From Bryobacteraceae bacterium (GTDB lineage Bacteria; Acidobacteriota; Terriglobia; Bryobacterales; Bryobacteraceae), in NCBI GenBank assembly GCA_019748195.1, contig JAIEPW010000018.1:68204-132203 (forward strand): a DNA stretch of 64,000 bases. Direction: 5' to 3'. Made by a program: the position numbers and the translations under genes. Each line of letters begins with the position of its first letter. Within the stretch, counting starts at the first letter, position 1. Below the pieces are notes generated by a model. It had not been told where the DNA came from. It worked only from the letters and a program-made list of their open reading frames with translations, and made no database searches. Below are positions 17,073-26,039 of this stretch, one piece after another.

Positions 17073-17390
17073 TTATCGCAAGCTCTTCTCCAGTTGCGAT
17101 GCGAAGGCGTTCAAGCCGCCCGGGTCCAGGTTGTCCGATTCCAGGACCACCACGAAGCGGTCCTTCTGGAACGCGATGCGGCCCGGCTGCGGCCGCCACT
17201 TCTGGATCGCCTCGAAGGCCGCGGACGAGTTGTCCAGGCGGGATATCACCACTTTCACTTCGCCGGGACCGCGATAGACGTTGCCTTCCCGCAGCGACCA
17301 GGAACCAACCTGACGCGGCAGTTGCAATTCGGCGTCGCGGGCGCAACCCCCCAGGATTGCGAGCAACAGCCAGGCGCGGCGAGAGGTCAC
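17073..17390 (-). CDS. Small lipoprotein, hypothetical
   Basis: Lipobox LLLAILGGC. Stop lies 7 nt upstream of the transglutaminase start, same strand. Confidence 0.6.
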   Translation of the reverse strand: MTSRRAWLLLAILGGCARDAELQLPRQVGSWSLREGNVYRGPGEVKVVISRLDNSSAAFEAIQKWRPQPGRIAFQKDRFVVVLESDNLDPGGLNAFASQLEKSLR

Positions 17391-17448
17391 AAGCCAATTC
17401 TAACCGCGATTCCATTCGCCGCGCGCCGCATGTCACACTGGAAGGTCT

Positions 17449-17598
17449 ATGGCGAAGCTGAAGCCCGCCGGAAAGGGCAGGCACAAGCGTCGAACCGATA
17501 CCAAAGGCATTGTGTCGTGCCTGTTCTTGCTGTTGAGCGGTTTCACGCTGGTGTTTCTTTTGTTCTACGCTTTGCTGCAATCGGGTGCCACGAAATGA
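17449..17598 (+). CDS. Candidate 49-aa small membrane protein (basic N-terminus + one TM helix); too short for the ORF track
   Basis: Translation is [55 protein letters not shown] precedes the ATG. About 73 percent G/C at third positions. Its TGA overlaps the rph ATG (ATGA at 17595-17598). Confidence 0.4.
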   Translation: MAKLKPAGKGRHKRRTDTKGIVSCLFLLLSGFTLVFLLFYALLQSGATK

Positions 17599-18311
17599 GA
17601 ATTGACGATCGCGCGGCCGGCCAAATGCGCCCGGTGAAGATTCAGACGGGCTTTCTGATGACAGCCGAAGGCTCGGCTCTCATCGAGGTGGGGCATACGA
17701 GGGTGCTGTGCGCGGCCACGGTGGAGGAAACGGTGCCCTCGTTTCTCCGGAACTCGGGGAAGGGATGGGTCACCGCCGAATACTCCATGCTGCCACGGGC
17801 CACCGCGCAGCGCACACAGCGCGAGGTGGCGAAGGGACGTCCCTCCGGCCGGACGCTGGAGATCCAGCGTCTGATCGGCCGGAGCCTGCGCAGCATCGTG
17901 GATCTGACCGCGTTGGGCGAACGGACGGTGATCGTCGATTGCGATGTCATTCAGGCGGACGGGGGAACGCGAACCGCATCCATCACCGGCGCCTATGTCG
18001 CGATGTGCTCCGCGCTCAAGCAGCTCCAGAAATTCGGGGCGCTGAAGGCGTGGCCGGTGCGCGAGGCGGTGGCCGCCACCAGTGTCGGCATCGTGGACGG
18101 CATCCCCATGCTGGACCTTTGCTACCAGGAGGATTCGCGCGCCGAGGTTGACATGAACGTCGTGCTCACCGGATCCGGGAAGTTCGTCGAACTGCAGGCC
18201 ACGGCGGAGCAGACGCCCTTCGAGGACCCGCATTTGGCGGAGTTGCTCGCACTCGCTCGAGCCGGCATCAATGAGCTGTTCGAATTGCAGGCAAGGGCAC
18301 TGGACGCTTGA
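17595..18311 (+). CDS. rph: Ribonuclease PH
   Basis: The internal ATG gives the canonical 238 aa: [14 protein letters not shown]..., [19 protein letters not shown] phosphate-binding motif. The 405-aa ORF extension has no recognisable homology. Confidence 0.9.
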   Translation: MRIDDRAAGQMRPVKIQTGFLMTAEGSALIEVGHTRVLCAATVEETVPSFLRNSGKGWVTAEYSMLPRATAQRTQREVAKGRPSGRTLEIQRLIGRSLRSIVDLTALGERTVIVDCDVIQADGGTRTASITGAYVAMCSALKQLQKFGALKAWPVREAVAATSVGIVDGIPMLDLCYQEDSRAEVDMNVVLTGSGKFVELQATAEQTPFEDPHLAELLALARAGINELFELQARALDA

Positions 18312-18886
18312 TCCTGTATTGCGCGACAGGCAATCCCGGCAAACTGCGCGAGTTCCGCCTTGTGGCTTCTCCAGGTTGGGAGGTCCAGGAACTTCCGGGG
18401 CGTCGCGACCTGCCGGCGCCGCGCGAAACCGGTTTTACGTTTGAGGAGAACGCGAGCATCAAGGCGCGATACTACGGCAGCCATACGCCGGGATGGCTAT
18501 TTGTGGACGACTCCGGCCTGGAGGTGGATGCTCTCGGCGGAGAGCCGGGTGTGAACTCGGCCTACTTCGCGGGCCCGGACGCTTCCGACGCGGAGAACAA
18601 CGCGCTGCTGCTGGAGAAGCTGCGGAACGCGCCGGATCGCACCGCGCGCTATGTATGCGTCATCGCCCTGGCGCGCGACGGGCAAGTGATCCAGTTGTTT
18701 CGCGGCGAAGTGGAAGGCCGAATCGAGCTGGAACCGCGCGGCACCGGCGGCTTCGGCTACGATCCCTACTTCTTCTATCCGCCCTTGGGCTGCACCTTCG
18801 GCGAAGCGACGATGGAGCAGAAACAGCAGGTGAGCCACCGCGGACGCGCGCTGGCGCGGATGTTCGACTGGTTGCGGGCTCAATAA
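18308..18886 (+). CDS. rdgB: Non-canonical purine NTP pyrophosphatase (Ham1/RdgB)
   Basis: [11 protein letters not shown] and GFGYDPYF motifs. TTG start overlaps the rph stop (TTGA). rph-rdgB is a conserved gene pair. Confidence 0.85.
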   Translation: MILYCATGNPGKLREFRLVASPGWEVQELPGRRDLPAPRETGFTFEENASIKARYYGSHTPGWLFVDDSGLEVDALGGEPGVNSAYFAGPDASDAENNALLLEKLRNAPDRTARYVCVIALARDGQVIQLFRGEVEGRIELEPRGTGGFGYDPYFFYPPLGCTFGEATMEQKQQVSHRGRALARMFDWLRAQ

Positions 18887-19350
18887 TCGCGGCGATCCGG
18901 AGATCGCAGCCAGGCCTCGAAGGGGTCCAGCGCCAAAGGAGCCGGGATCCGGATCATGGGGGGGTGGCGCTGGTCGCGGGGCTTGCCTAGTTCGGCGTAG
19001 AACGCGGAATCGTCGAATCCGGCGCGCGCGGCGTCGCCCGCATCCGCGGCGAAGTACACGCGGTCCAGGCGGGCCCACAGGATCGCCCCCAGGCACATGG
19101 GGCAAGGCTCGCAACTGGCATAAATCTCGCAGCCGGAGAGGTCGTAGCTGGAGATGGCGGCGCACGACGCGCGAATCGCGACCACCTCGGCGTGGGCAGT
19201 CGGATCGTTGCTGGATGTGACCAGGTTCACGCCTTCGCCCAGCACCTGGCCGTTCCGCACGACGATCGCACCGAAGGGGCCGCCCCTTCCATCACGCACA
19301 TTGCCGAGCGCCAGTTGAATGGCCCTTTCGATGTAAGCCCTCGAATCCAC
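18880..19350 (-). CDS. CDA-fold nucleoside/nucleobase deaminase (guanine-deaminase-like)
   Basis: HAE ... CEPCPMC zinc motifs. A GTG start at 19350 gives 156 aa and avoids overlap with the TonB receptor 3' end. The upstream part of the 179-aa ORF is Arg/Cys-rich junk. Confidence 0.7.
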   Translation of the reverse strand: MDSRAYIERAIQLALGNVRDGRGGPFGAIVVRNGQVLGEGVNLVTSSNDPTAHAEVVAIRASCAAISSYDLSGCEIYASCEPCPMCLGAILWARLDRVYFAADAGDAARAGFDDSAFYAELGKPRDQRHPPMIRIPAPLALDPFEAWLRSPDRRDY

Positions 19351-19354
19351 TCGT

Positions 19355-22300
19355 CTAAAAGAGTAGCTTGACGCCAAGCTGCACGCGGCGGGGCGCCTGC
19401 GCCGACAGGATGCGTCCAAACGAGGGCGAGCCTACAAAGTTGTCCGGCTGGTCGAAATTGGCGCGATTCAGCAGGTTGAAGAACTCGAACCGGAACTGCA
19501 GCGTGGTCCGCTCCCGGATGGAGACGTTGCGCAGCATGCTGAAATTGATGTTGGCAAGACCGGGGCCGTCCAGGATGTTGCGTCCGGAGTTGCCGAAGGT
19601 GCCGCGCGGGGACGTTGCGAAGGCGCCGGTGTTGAACCAGCGGTCCGGACTCGGGTTGTCGAGCGACCCGTCGGACAGGCGGTTCGGCCGGTCATTGTTG
19701 CCGAAGCCGAGGCTGGTGCGGCCCGTGTTGGACTGATCGATATCGCTCAGCAGGGCCACGGTGAACGGCCTGCCGGACTGGAACGTGAGCACCCCGGCGC
19801 TCTGCCATCCGCCGGCCACGACGCCCCAGAATCCGCCGTCGTTGGCCCAGCGCTGGCCACGACCGAAGGGCAGATCCCAAGTGTAGCTGGCGCTGAAGCG
19901 CTGCCGGATGTCGAAGTTGGAGCGGCCGCGCTCCGCCGCCAGGTTGTAAGAATTCTGCGGGAAATTGGAATCGCCCGCGCTCGAGAAGAATCCCGAAGCG
20001 TCGTCGATCGACTTGCCGAACGTATAGGATGCGAGCGCCGTCAGGTTGCGCGAGAACCGCTGCTGGAACCGGGCTTGCAATGAATGATAGTTGGAGTTCG
20101 CGCGGGATTCGATGATGTTGATGTCCTCGAAGGCGGGGTTTGGACGCTGGTAGCGCTGCGTATTCGAGGGCTGCGGCTGGTTGATGTCGCGCGCCGCAAT
20201 GAGGTTTGTTCCCTTTGCGCCGACGTATCCGGCTTCCAGGGTCGCGCTGGACCAAAGCTGCCGCTGGATGGAGAAATTCCATTGCTGGATATATCCGGTC
20301 TCCAGGTCGCGTTGGAACGCAAGCGCGGACGGCGGCGTCGGCAGCGGGAAGTTAGCCGGCCAGGGGTTGTTGATCAGCAGCGGAGCTTGCGCGCTGAGCG
20401 GGAAGTAGAAGCGCAGATTGAAGTACGGCGGCGAGAAATACAGCCCTTCGCCCGGCGCCAGCGGCGACTGGTCGAAGTAGACGCCATAGCCGCCGCGGAC
20501 CACGTACTTGTTGCGGAGATTCCAGGCGAACCCGACCCTGGGGGCGATGTTGTTGCGGTCACTCTCATAGCCTCCCCGCGGCATGGTCCCAGTTCCAACC
20601 GCGGTCAGGCGGCCCGTGGCGGGATCGTACAGGTTAGCGCGATCCAGGGCGTCCACCGGAGGCGAGTTGTACTCCCAGCGGACGCCGTAATTGAGCGTAA
20701 ACGTGGGGGTGATGCGCCACTGATCGTTGCCGTAGAAGTTGTAGCTGGTGGTGCGCAGACGCTGCGGATTGTCCACAGTCGCGCCGCCGGAGAAACTGAC
20801 GATACCCAGCAACAACTCCGCCAGCGGATTCCCGGTGATTCCGATGAAGTTGAGGAACCCCCGGGACTGGATGTCTCGGAACGCGTACTGCCGCGTGTGC
20901 CGGATGTCGAAGCCGAACTTCGCCAGGCGCCGGCCGCGATTCCAGGTCAGGTTATCGGCGGCCTGGAATGTGTTCGTGGTGGAGGCTTGCGGGTTGTTGA
21001 ACTCGTGACCCAGCGGCGCGTATCCCACCACGGTGGTGAAGCTGAGGCCGTAGTCGCGAGGATTCCGGGCCAGCTCGGGCAGGCCCACCTGGCGGTTGAT
21101 GCTGGTCCCCTGGCCCTCCTGCGTGACGCCGATGGAGACGCGGTTGAAGCCCAGCCGGAGCTCGTTCAGCAGCGAGGGGGTCAGCGTGTGCGTCTCGCTG
21201 ATCATCGCGTTCTGTGCACGCCGTGCGACATCCGCGCCGTATCCGGGCACGGTGGAGAACGCCGGGCCCGAGAACGGCTCGAACAGCTCGCGATCCGCCA
21301 GGCTGTAGCGGGCGGCGAGTTGCGAGGCCGCGCTGAAGTTATGATCGATCCGCACGTCGAACTGGTTGTTGCGATCCCGCAGCGTCGGCGACGAAACGTA
21401 GTTCGCGCCTGCCACGTTGCGATTCGGCAGCGGCCAAAGATTGGCGATCGCCCGGCCGATGGGATTTTGGAACTCCACGGGAATGCGGTTCTGCGGGAAC
21501 AACTGCCCCGTGAACGGATTGATCGCCGGCGTCTGGCTGCGCGAAAAATCGCCATTGCGCTCCAGCGCCGTGGGAACGTTGGCGATTCGTGTGATTCCTT
21601 CGTTCAGGCGGCGTCCTTCGTAGTCGGCGAAGAAGAACGTCCGGTTGCGGACCACCGGCCCGCCGATCACGAATCCGAACTGATTGCGTTGATACTTGGG
21701 ACTCGGCTCATCGGCCGGCGCAAAGTAGTTCCGCGCATCCAGCACGCCGTTGCGAAAGAACTCATACGCCGCGCCATGCACCTGATTGCCGCCGGAACGC
21801 GTCACCACCGTCACCTGACCTCCGCCGGAACGCGCGAACGAAGCGTCATACAGGGAGGTCGCGATCTCGAACTCGCGGATCGCGTCCACCGGTGGCGTGT
21901 GCGAAACTCCGTTCAGCTTCGGGTCCACGTTGTACACGCCGTCCAACGTGAAGTTGTTGGCGTCCTCGCGAGCGCCGTTGACGCTGACCGCGAAATCGCC
22001 GCGGGCACTGCTGGCCGAGCCTTGGGCGGGTGGCAGCACGCCCGGCGCGAGCAGGGTCAATTCATAGAAATTGCGTCCGTCCAGGGGCAGGTTCAGGATC
22101 TGGCGGTTGTCGATCACCGAGCTCAACGCGGCGGACTCCGTCTTCAGCAGCGCGGGAGTCGCGGTCACGGTCACCTGTTCGGACCGTGTTCCGGGAAGCA
22201 ACTGAACCTCCAGCCGGATTTCCTGATTCACCTCCACGGGCAGGGTCTGCGCGTGCTCCCGGAAGCCGTCCCGCGCCACGGTCACTTTCCACTCGCCCGG

Positions 22301-22519
22301 CTGCACCAGCGGGATCAGGAACTCGCCGGTCGCCGATGTCACCGCGCCGCGGCTGATTCCGGTAGTCCGGCGCGTGATCGTCACGGCGGCTCCGGCGACG
22401 GGCTTGCCCGCCGGATCCGACACAATCCCGCTGATGGAGCCGCTAACCGGCTGAGCCTTTAGGGCGAACTGGCTTAGGAGAACAAGAACGATGGCGAAAC
22501 GCACGAGACCTCGGTTCAA
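19355..22519 (-). CDS. TonB-dependent outer-membrane receptor with N-terminal CarboxypepD_reg-like domain
   Basis: Signal peptide, then SGIVSDPAGKPVAGAAVTI...GEWKVTVARDGF (carboxypeptidase-regulatory fold). Plug-like NLPLDGRNFYEL. C-terminal QLGVKLLF with terminal Phe. Confidence 0.85.
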   Translation of the reverse strand: MNRGLVRFAIVLVLLSQFALKAQPVSGSISGIVSDPAGKPVAGAAVTITRRTTGISRGAVTSATGEFLIPLVQPGEWKVTVARDGFREHAQTLPVEVNQEIRLEVQLLPGTRSEQVTVTATPALLKTESAALSSVIDNRQILNLPLDGRNFYELTLLAPGVLPPAQGSASSARGDFAVSVNGAREDANNFTLDGVYNVDPKLNGVSHTPPVDAIREFEIATSLYDASFARSGGGQVTVVTRSGGNQVHGAAYEFFRNGVLDARNYFAPADEPSPKYQRNQFGFVIGGPVVRNRTFFFADYEGRRLNEGITRIANVPTALERNGDFSRSQTPAINPFTGQLFPQNRIPVEFQNPIGRAIANLWPLPNRNVAGANYVSSPTLRDRNNQFDVRIDHNFSAASQLAARYSLADRELFEPFSGPAFSTVPGYGADVARRAQNAMISETHTLTPSLLNELRLGFNRVSIGVTQEGQGTSINRQVGLPELARNPRDYGLSFTTVVGYAPLGHEFNNPQASTTNTFQAADNLTWNRGRRLAKFGFDIRHTRQYAFRDIQSRGFLNFIGITGNPLAELLLGIVSFSGGATVDNPQRLRTTSYNFYGNDQWRITPTFTLNYGVRWEYNSPPVDALDRANLYDPATGRLTAVGTGTMPRGGYESDRNNIAPRVGFAWNLRNKYVVRGGYGVYFDQSPLAPGEGLYFSPPYFNLRFYFPLSAQAPLLINNPWPANFPLPTPPSALAFQRDLETGYIQQWNFSIQRQLWSSATLEAGYVGAKGTNLIAARDINQPQPSNTQRYQRPNPAFEDINIIESRANSNYHSLQARFQQRFSRNLTALASYTFGKSIDDASGFFSSAGDSNFPQNSYNLAAERGRSNFDIRQRFSASYTWDLPFGRGQRWANDGGFWGVVAGGWQSAGVLTFQSGRPFTVALLSDIDQSNTGRTSLGFGNNDRPNRLSDGSLDNPSPDRWFNTGAFATSPRGTFGNSGRNILDGPGLANINFSMLRNVSIRERTTLQFRFEFFNLLNRANFDQPDNFVGSPSFGRILSAQAPRRVQLGVKLLF

Positions 22520-22577
22520 ACAGGATGGATTTCTTCAGTGTAGGGCTAGACGAGCAACAGGCGCAAACGTTTGAGCT

Positions 22578-23597
22578 TCATGCCTGGAAGCGCGACTCGG
22601 CCATCCGGTCGGCGATCCGCGCGGCCGATACGCCACTCTCATCGCTCTCCCGCAGCACCTGGCGCGTACGAGAGTAGATCCTTGCAATGGATGGCATGCT
22701 GTCGTCCGAGTTCAGCAGGAAGTACTCGCCCCCGCGGATCACCCCTCCGGCGTTCACCAGGTAATCGGGCGCGTAAGCGATGCCCCGGCCGCGCAGTTCG
22801 TCGCCGGCTTCCGGCGATTCCAGAACGTTGTTCGCGGCGCCGCAAACGATGCGGCAGCGCAACGCGTGAACGGCCGCCCGGTTCAAAACACCTCCCAGCG
22901 CGCAGGGCGCGAACACGTCGCACGCCTCCGCCGCGATCTGCTCCGCGGGGACTGCTCGGGCGCCGAACCGGGCTACCGCCTGCGCCACGCGCCCCGGATC
23001 GACGTCCGCGGCGAGCACCATGTGCCCTTCGCGACGCAGAATCTCCGCCAGCCGCATGCCGACGTTGCCCAGCCCCTGAATCGCCACCGACGCTTTACCG
23101 ATCCCCGCGTGGTCCAGGCAGGCGCGGATGCCATGCCAGACTCCGATCGCGGTATGCAGGCTGATGTCGCCCAGGCGCGGATCGGACTCATCCGTCACCC
23201 AGCGGGTCGCTTTCGCCACGTTGCGAAGGTCCTCTTCGTGGATGCCGACGTCCGGGCCGGTGCAATAATGCCCGCCCAAGCTTTCCACCAGCTCCCCGAA
23301 CGCACGAAACGCTTCGGCCCGAATCATTCCGGGATCGTCGAAGATCACGGCCTTGCCGCCGCCGGCAGGCAGTTCCGCCAGCGCGCACTTGTAAGTCATC
23401 CCGCGGGACAGTTTCATCACGTCGTCCAGCGCCTCGGCATCGGTAGCGTAGTTCTTCAGCCGGACGCCGCCCAACGCGGGTCCCAGCCGCGTGTTGTGGA
23501 TCGCCAGGATGCCGCGCAATCCGCTGCCTTCGTGCTGGAAGGCGGCCACTCGCTCGAATCCGGGAAAGACCCCGGCTGGTTGGATCTTGATGGTCAC
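22578..23597 (-). CDS. Leu/Phe/Val dehydrogenase (Glu/Leu/Phe/Val dehydrogenase family)
   Basis: GGGKAVI catalytic-Lys motif and GLGNVG Rossmann motif. 339 aa. Confidence 0.8.
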   Translation of the reverse strand: MTIKIQPAGVFPGFERVAAFQHEGSGLRGILAIHNTRLGPALGGVRLKNYATDAEALDDVMKLSRGMTYKCALAELPAGGGKAVIFDDPGMIRAEAFRAFGELVESLGGHYCTGPDVGIHEEDLRNVAKATRWVTDESDPRLGDISLHTAIGVWHGIRACLDHAGIGKASVAIQGLGNVGMRLAEILRREGHMVLAADVDPGRVAQAVARFGARAVPAEQIAAEACDVFAPCALGGVLNRAAVHALRCRIVCGAANNVLESPEAGDELRGRGIAYAPDYLVNAGGVIRGGEYFLLNSDDSMPSIARIYSRTRQVLRESDESGVSAARIADRMAESRFQA

Positions 23598-23607
23598 AGA
23601 GTATAAT
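23580..23607 (+). promoter_or_regulatory. Sigma-70-like promoter for the symporter gene
   Basis: Perfect TATAAT at 23602-23607, rare in this GC-rich DNA, with TTGGAT 16 nt upstream. The TTG start of the symporter lies 22 nt downstream. Confidence 0.35.
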
Positions 23608-23629
23608 TACGGGGTTTGCGAGGATCTGT

Positions 23630-25396
23630 TTGCAACTAACGCCGCTCGATTGGGCCGTGATCGCGGCCTACTTCGCTTTCAACATCGCCATCGGCCTATA
23701 CTACCGCTCTCGAGCGGGCCAGAACACCAGCGAATTCTTCCTCAGCGGCCGCAACGTCTCCTGGTGGCTGGCCGGCACGTCCATGGTGGCCACCACGTTT
23801 GCGGCCGACACGCCACTCGCCGTCACGGGCCTGGTGGCCCGCAACGGCATCGCCGGCAACTGGCTGTGGTGGTGCATGGTCGCCAGCGGCATGCTCACCG
23901 TGTTCTTTTATGCCCGCCTGTGGCGACGTTCCGGCGTGATGACCGACATCGAGTTCGCCGAGATCCGCTACGCCGGGAAGCCCGCCGCCTTTCTCCGCGG
24001 TTTCCGCGCTCTGTACCTGGCCCTGCCCATCAACTGCATCATTCTCGGCTGGGTCAACAAGGCGATGGTCGACATTCTGATGCTCGTGCTCGGCGTCAGC
24101 AAGGAACAGGCGCTGGGGCTTGTACTGGTGATCATTGTCCTCACGTCCTTCATTTCCACGCTCTCCGGCTTATGGGGCGTGCTGGTAATGGATCTCTTCC
24201 AGTTCGTCATCAAGATGGGCATGGTGATCGCGCTTGCCGTGTACGCGGTGCAGTCGGTGGGCGGCATCGACGCCATGAAGGCCCGCCTGGCGGAAGTGGA
24301 CGCGCGGCGCGGCGGCGGATCGATCCTGAGCTTCACGCCGGACCTCGATTCCGCCTGGATGCCGCTCATCACCTTCTTCGTCTATCTCGCGCTGAACTGG
24401 TGGGCCACCTGGAGCCCCGGCGCCGAACCCGGCGGCGGCGGATACGTCGCCCAGCGGATGTTCAGCGCCAAGGACGAAAAGAACTCGCTGCTCGCCACCT
24501 TGTGGTTCAACATCGCGCACTACGCCATCCGGCCCTGGCCTTGGATTCTGACCGCCCTGGTCTCAGTGATCCTCTACCCCAATCTGGAGAATCCCGAGCA
24601 TGGCTACGTCAAGGTCATGATCGATCACCTGCCGCCTTCCCTGCGCGGGCTTATGGTCGCGGCGTTCGCCGCCGCTTACATGTCCACCATCGGGACCCAC
24701 CTCAACTGGGGCGCGAGCTACCTGGTGAACGACTTCTATCGCCGCTTCTGGAAGAAGAACGAAGGCGAAGGTCACTACGTGCGCGCCTCCCAGGTCTCCA
24801 CCGTAATCCTGACCGTCGCCTCGGCGGTCATTGCCTATTACATCGATTCCATTGCGGGAGCCTGGAAGCTTCTGCTGGTGACCGGCGCCGGCACCGGCGG
24901 AGTTTTGCTATTGCGCTGGTATTGGTGGCGGATCAATGCCTGGAGCGAGGTCTCATCCATGATCGCCGCCTTCGCCGTGTCGCTCTACCTGCAAGTGGGC
25001 TTGAAGATGGATTCCGACAAGCCGGCCGACTTCGCCTGGCTGATGATCTACACAGTTTCCATCACCACTGCCGTATGGCTCGCCGTCACGTTTCTCACCA
25101 AGCCTGAGCCCGACCATGTGCTCGACAGCTTCTACCGCCGCACCCGTCCCTCGTTGGTCGGCTGGGGTCCGGTGGCGGAGCGTCTTCCCGAGGTCCGGCC
25201 GGCCCGCGACGGCTGGTCGAACTTCTTCTGCTGGATCGCCGGTTGCACCTTGATCTACGGCGCGTTGTTCGGCATCGGCAAGCTGCTGCTCGGCGATACC
25301 GGACTCGGCGCGGGCATGTTGTTGCTCAGCGCCGTTGCGGGCTTTTTCATTTATTGGAACCTGTCGCGCAGAGGCTGGAGCACGGTGGTGGAATGA
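23630..25396 (+). CDS. Sodium:solute symporter family (SSF) transporter
   Basis: 588-aa polytopic membrane protein with SSF-like N-terminal pattern (LDWAVIAAYFAFNIAIGLYYR...SEFFLSGR). TTG start. Confidence 0.75.
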   Translation: MQLTPLDWAVIAAYFAFNIAIGLYYRSRAGQNTSEFFLSGRNVSWWLAGTSMVATTFAADTPLAVTGLVARNGIAGNWLWWCMVASGMLTVFFYARLWRRSGVMTDIEFAEIRYAGKPAAFLRGFRALYLALPINCIILGWVNKAMVDILMLVLGVSKEQALGLVLVIIVLTSFISTLSGLWGVLVMDLFQFVIKMGMVIALAVYAVQSVGGIDAMKARLAEVDARRGGGSILSFTPDLDSAWMPLITFFVYLALNWWATWSPGAEPGGGGYVAQRMFSAKDEKNSLLATLWFNIAHYAIRPWPWILTALVSVILYPNLENPEHGYVKVMIDHLPPSLRGLMVAAFAAAYMSTIGTHLNWGASYLVNDFYRRFWKKNEGEGHYVRASQVSTVILTVASAVIAYYIDSIAGAWKLLLVTGAGTGGVLLLRWYWWRINAWSEVSSMIAAFAVSLYLQVGLKMDSDKPADFAWLMIYTVSITTAVWLAVTFLTKPEPDHVLDSFYRRTRPSLVGWGPVAERLPEVRPARDGWSNFFCWIAGCTLIYGALFGIGKLLLGDTGLGAGMLLLSAVAGFFIYWNLSRRGWSTVVE

Positions 25397-26037
25397 AGCG
25401 GATCGCCCTGCTGGCGATGCTTGCGGTTCCGGCGATCGCTCAACTCCTCACCCCCATGGCGCAGAAGACCCGTGCGCGCGGTCTGCCCACCTGGGACCCC
25501 GCCTGGGACCAGTTCGTGATCGACGCCCTTCCTCCGGAGATGCTGTCCGACAAAGTGCCGGCCGATGTGCGAACCCTCTGCCCGCGCTTCTTCGATTCCA
25601 GAGAGGACGAGCGGAAGCAGTTCTGGGCATACCTGTTCCAGGCGATGGCCGCGGCCGAGTCCAGTTTCCGCCTGAACGCGCGGCTGCTGGAATCGCACCT
25701 GGGCCCCGACTCGGTCACCGGATCGACCATCGTCAGCGAGGGCCTGCTGCAGCTCTCCTATCAGGATGCCAGGATGTATGGCTGCGGTTTCGACTGGGAG
25801 CTCGACCAAAAACTCGGCGCGGAGGAGCTGGGGAAGTCCGTCTTCGATCCCAAACGCAACCTGGAATGCGGCGTGAAGATCTTGAGCACGCAGATCATCC
25901 GCCGGGCGCGGCCCCTGTTCACCGAGAAGAGCTACTGGGCCATCTTTCGCCCTTCCCGTCCGGGGCACAAGATCTTCCTCCGGGAGATGGCCAACACCCC
26001 CGGTTTCTGCCGCGCCGATGCCGGCCCGAAACCCTGA
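25393..26037 (+). CDS. Secreted lytic-transglycosylase (SLT)-like protein
   Basis: ATG overlaps the symporter stop (ATGA 25393-25396). Signal MKRIALLAMLAVPAIAQ. AAAESSF (catalytic Glu-Ser) and EGLLQLS (GLMQ-like) motifs. Confidence 0.55.
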   Translation: MKRIALLAMLAVPAIAQLLTPMAQKTRARGLPTWDPAWDQFVIDALPPEMLSDKVPADVRTLCPRFFDSREDERKQFWAYLFQAMAAAESSFRLNARLLESHLGPDSVTGSTIVSEGLLQLSYQDARMYGCGFDWELDQKLGAEELGKSVFDPKRNLECGVKILSTQIIRRARPLFTEKSYWAIFRPSRPGHKIFLREMANTPGFCRADAGPKP

Positions 26038-26039
26038 CG

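Noticed and set aside
17094-17594. N-terminally extended versions of real genes offered by the ORF track: rph 405 aa, cobA 516 aa (29120-30670), Gly-rich protein 427 aa (42467-43750), 50586-51821, rapZ frame from 57794, recG from 59820, hydrolase from 27369, grpE from 55945, deaminase from 19419.
   Set aside because: The extensions overlap neighbouring genes or divergent promoters and are compositionally junk. Internal starts restore canonical lengths, signal peptides or ATGA/GTGA coupling.
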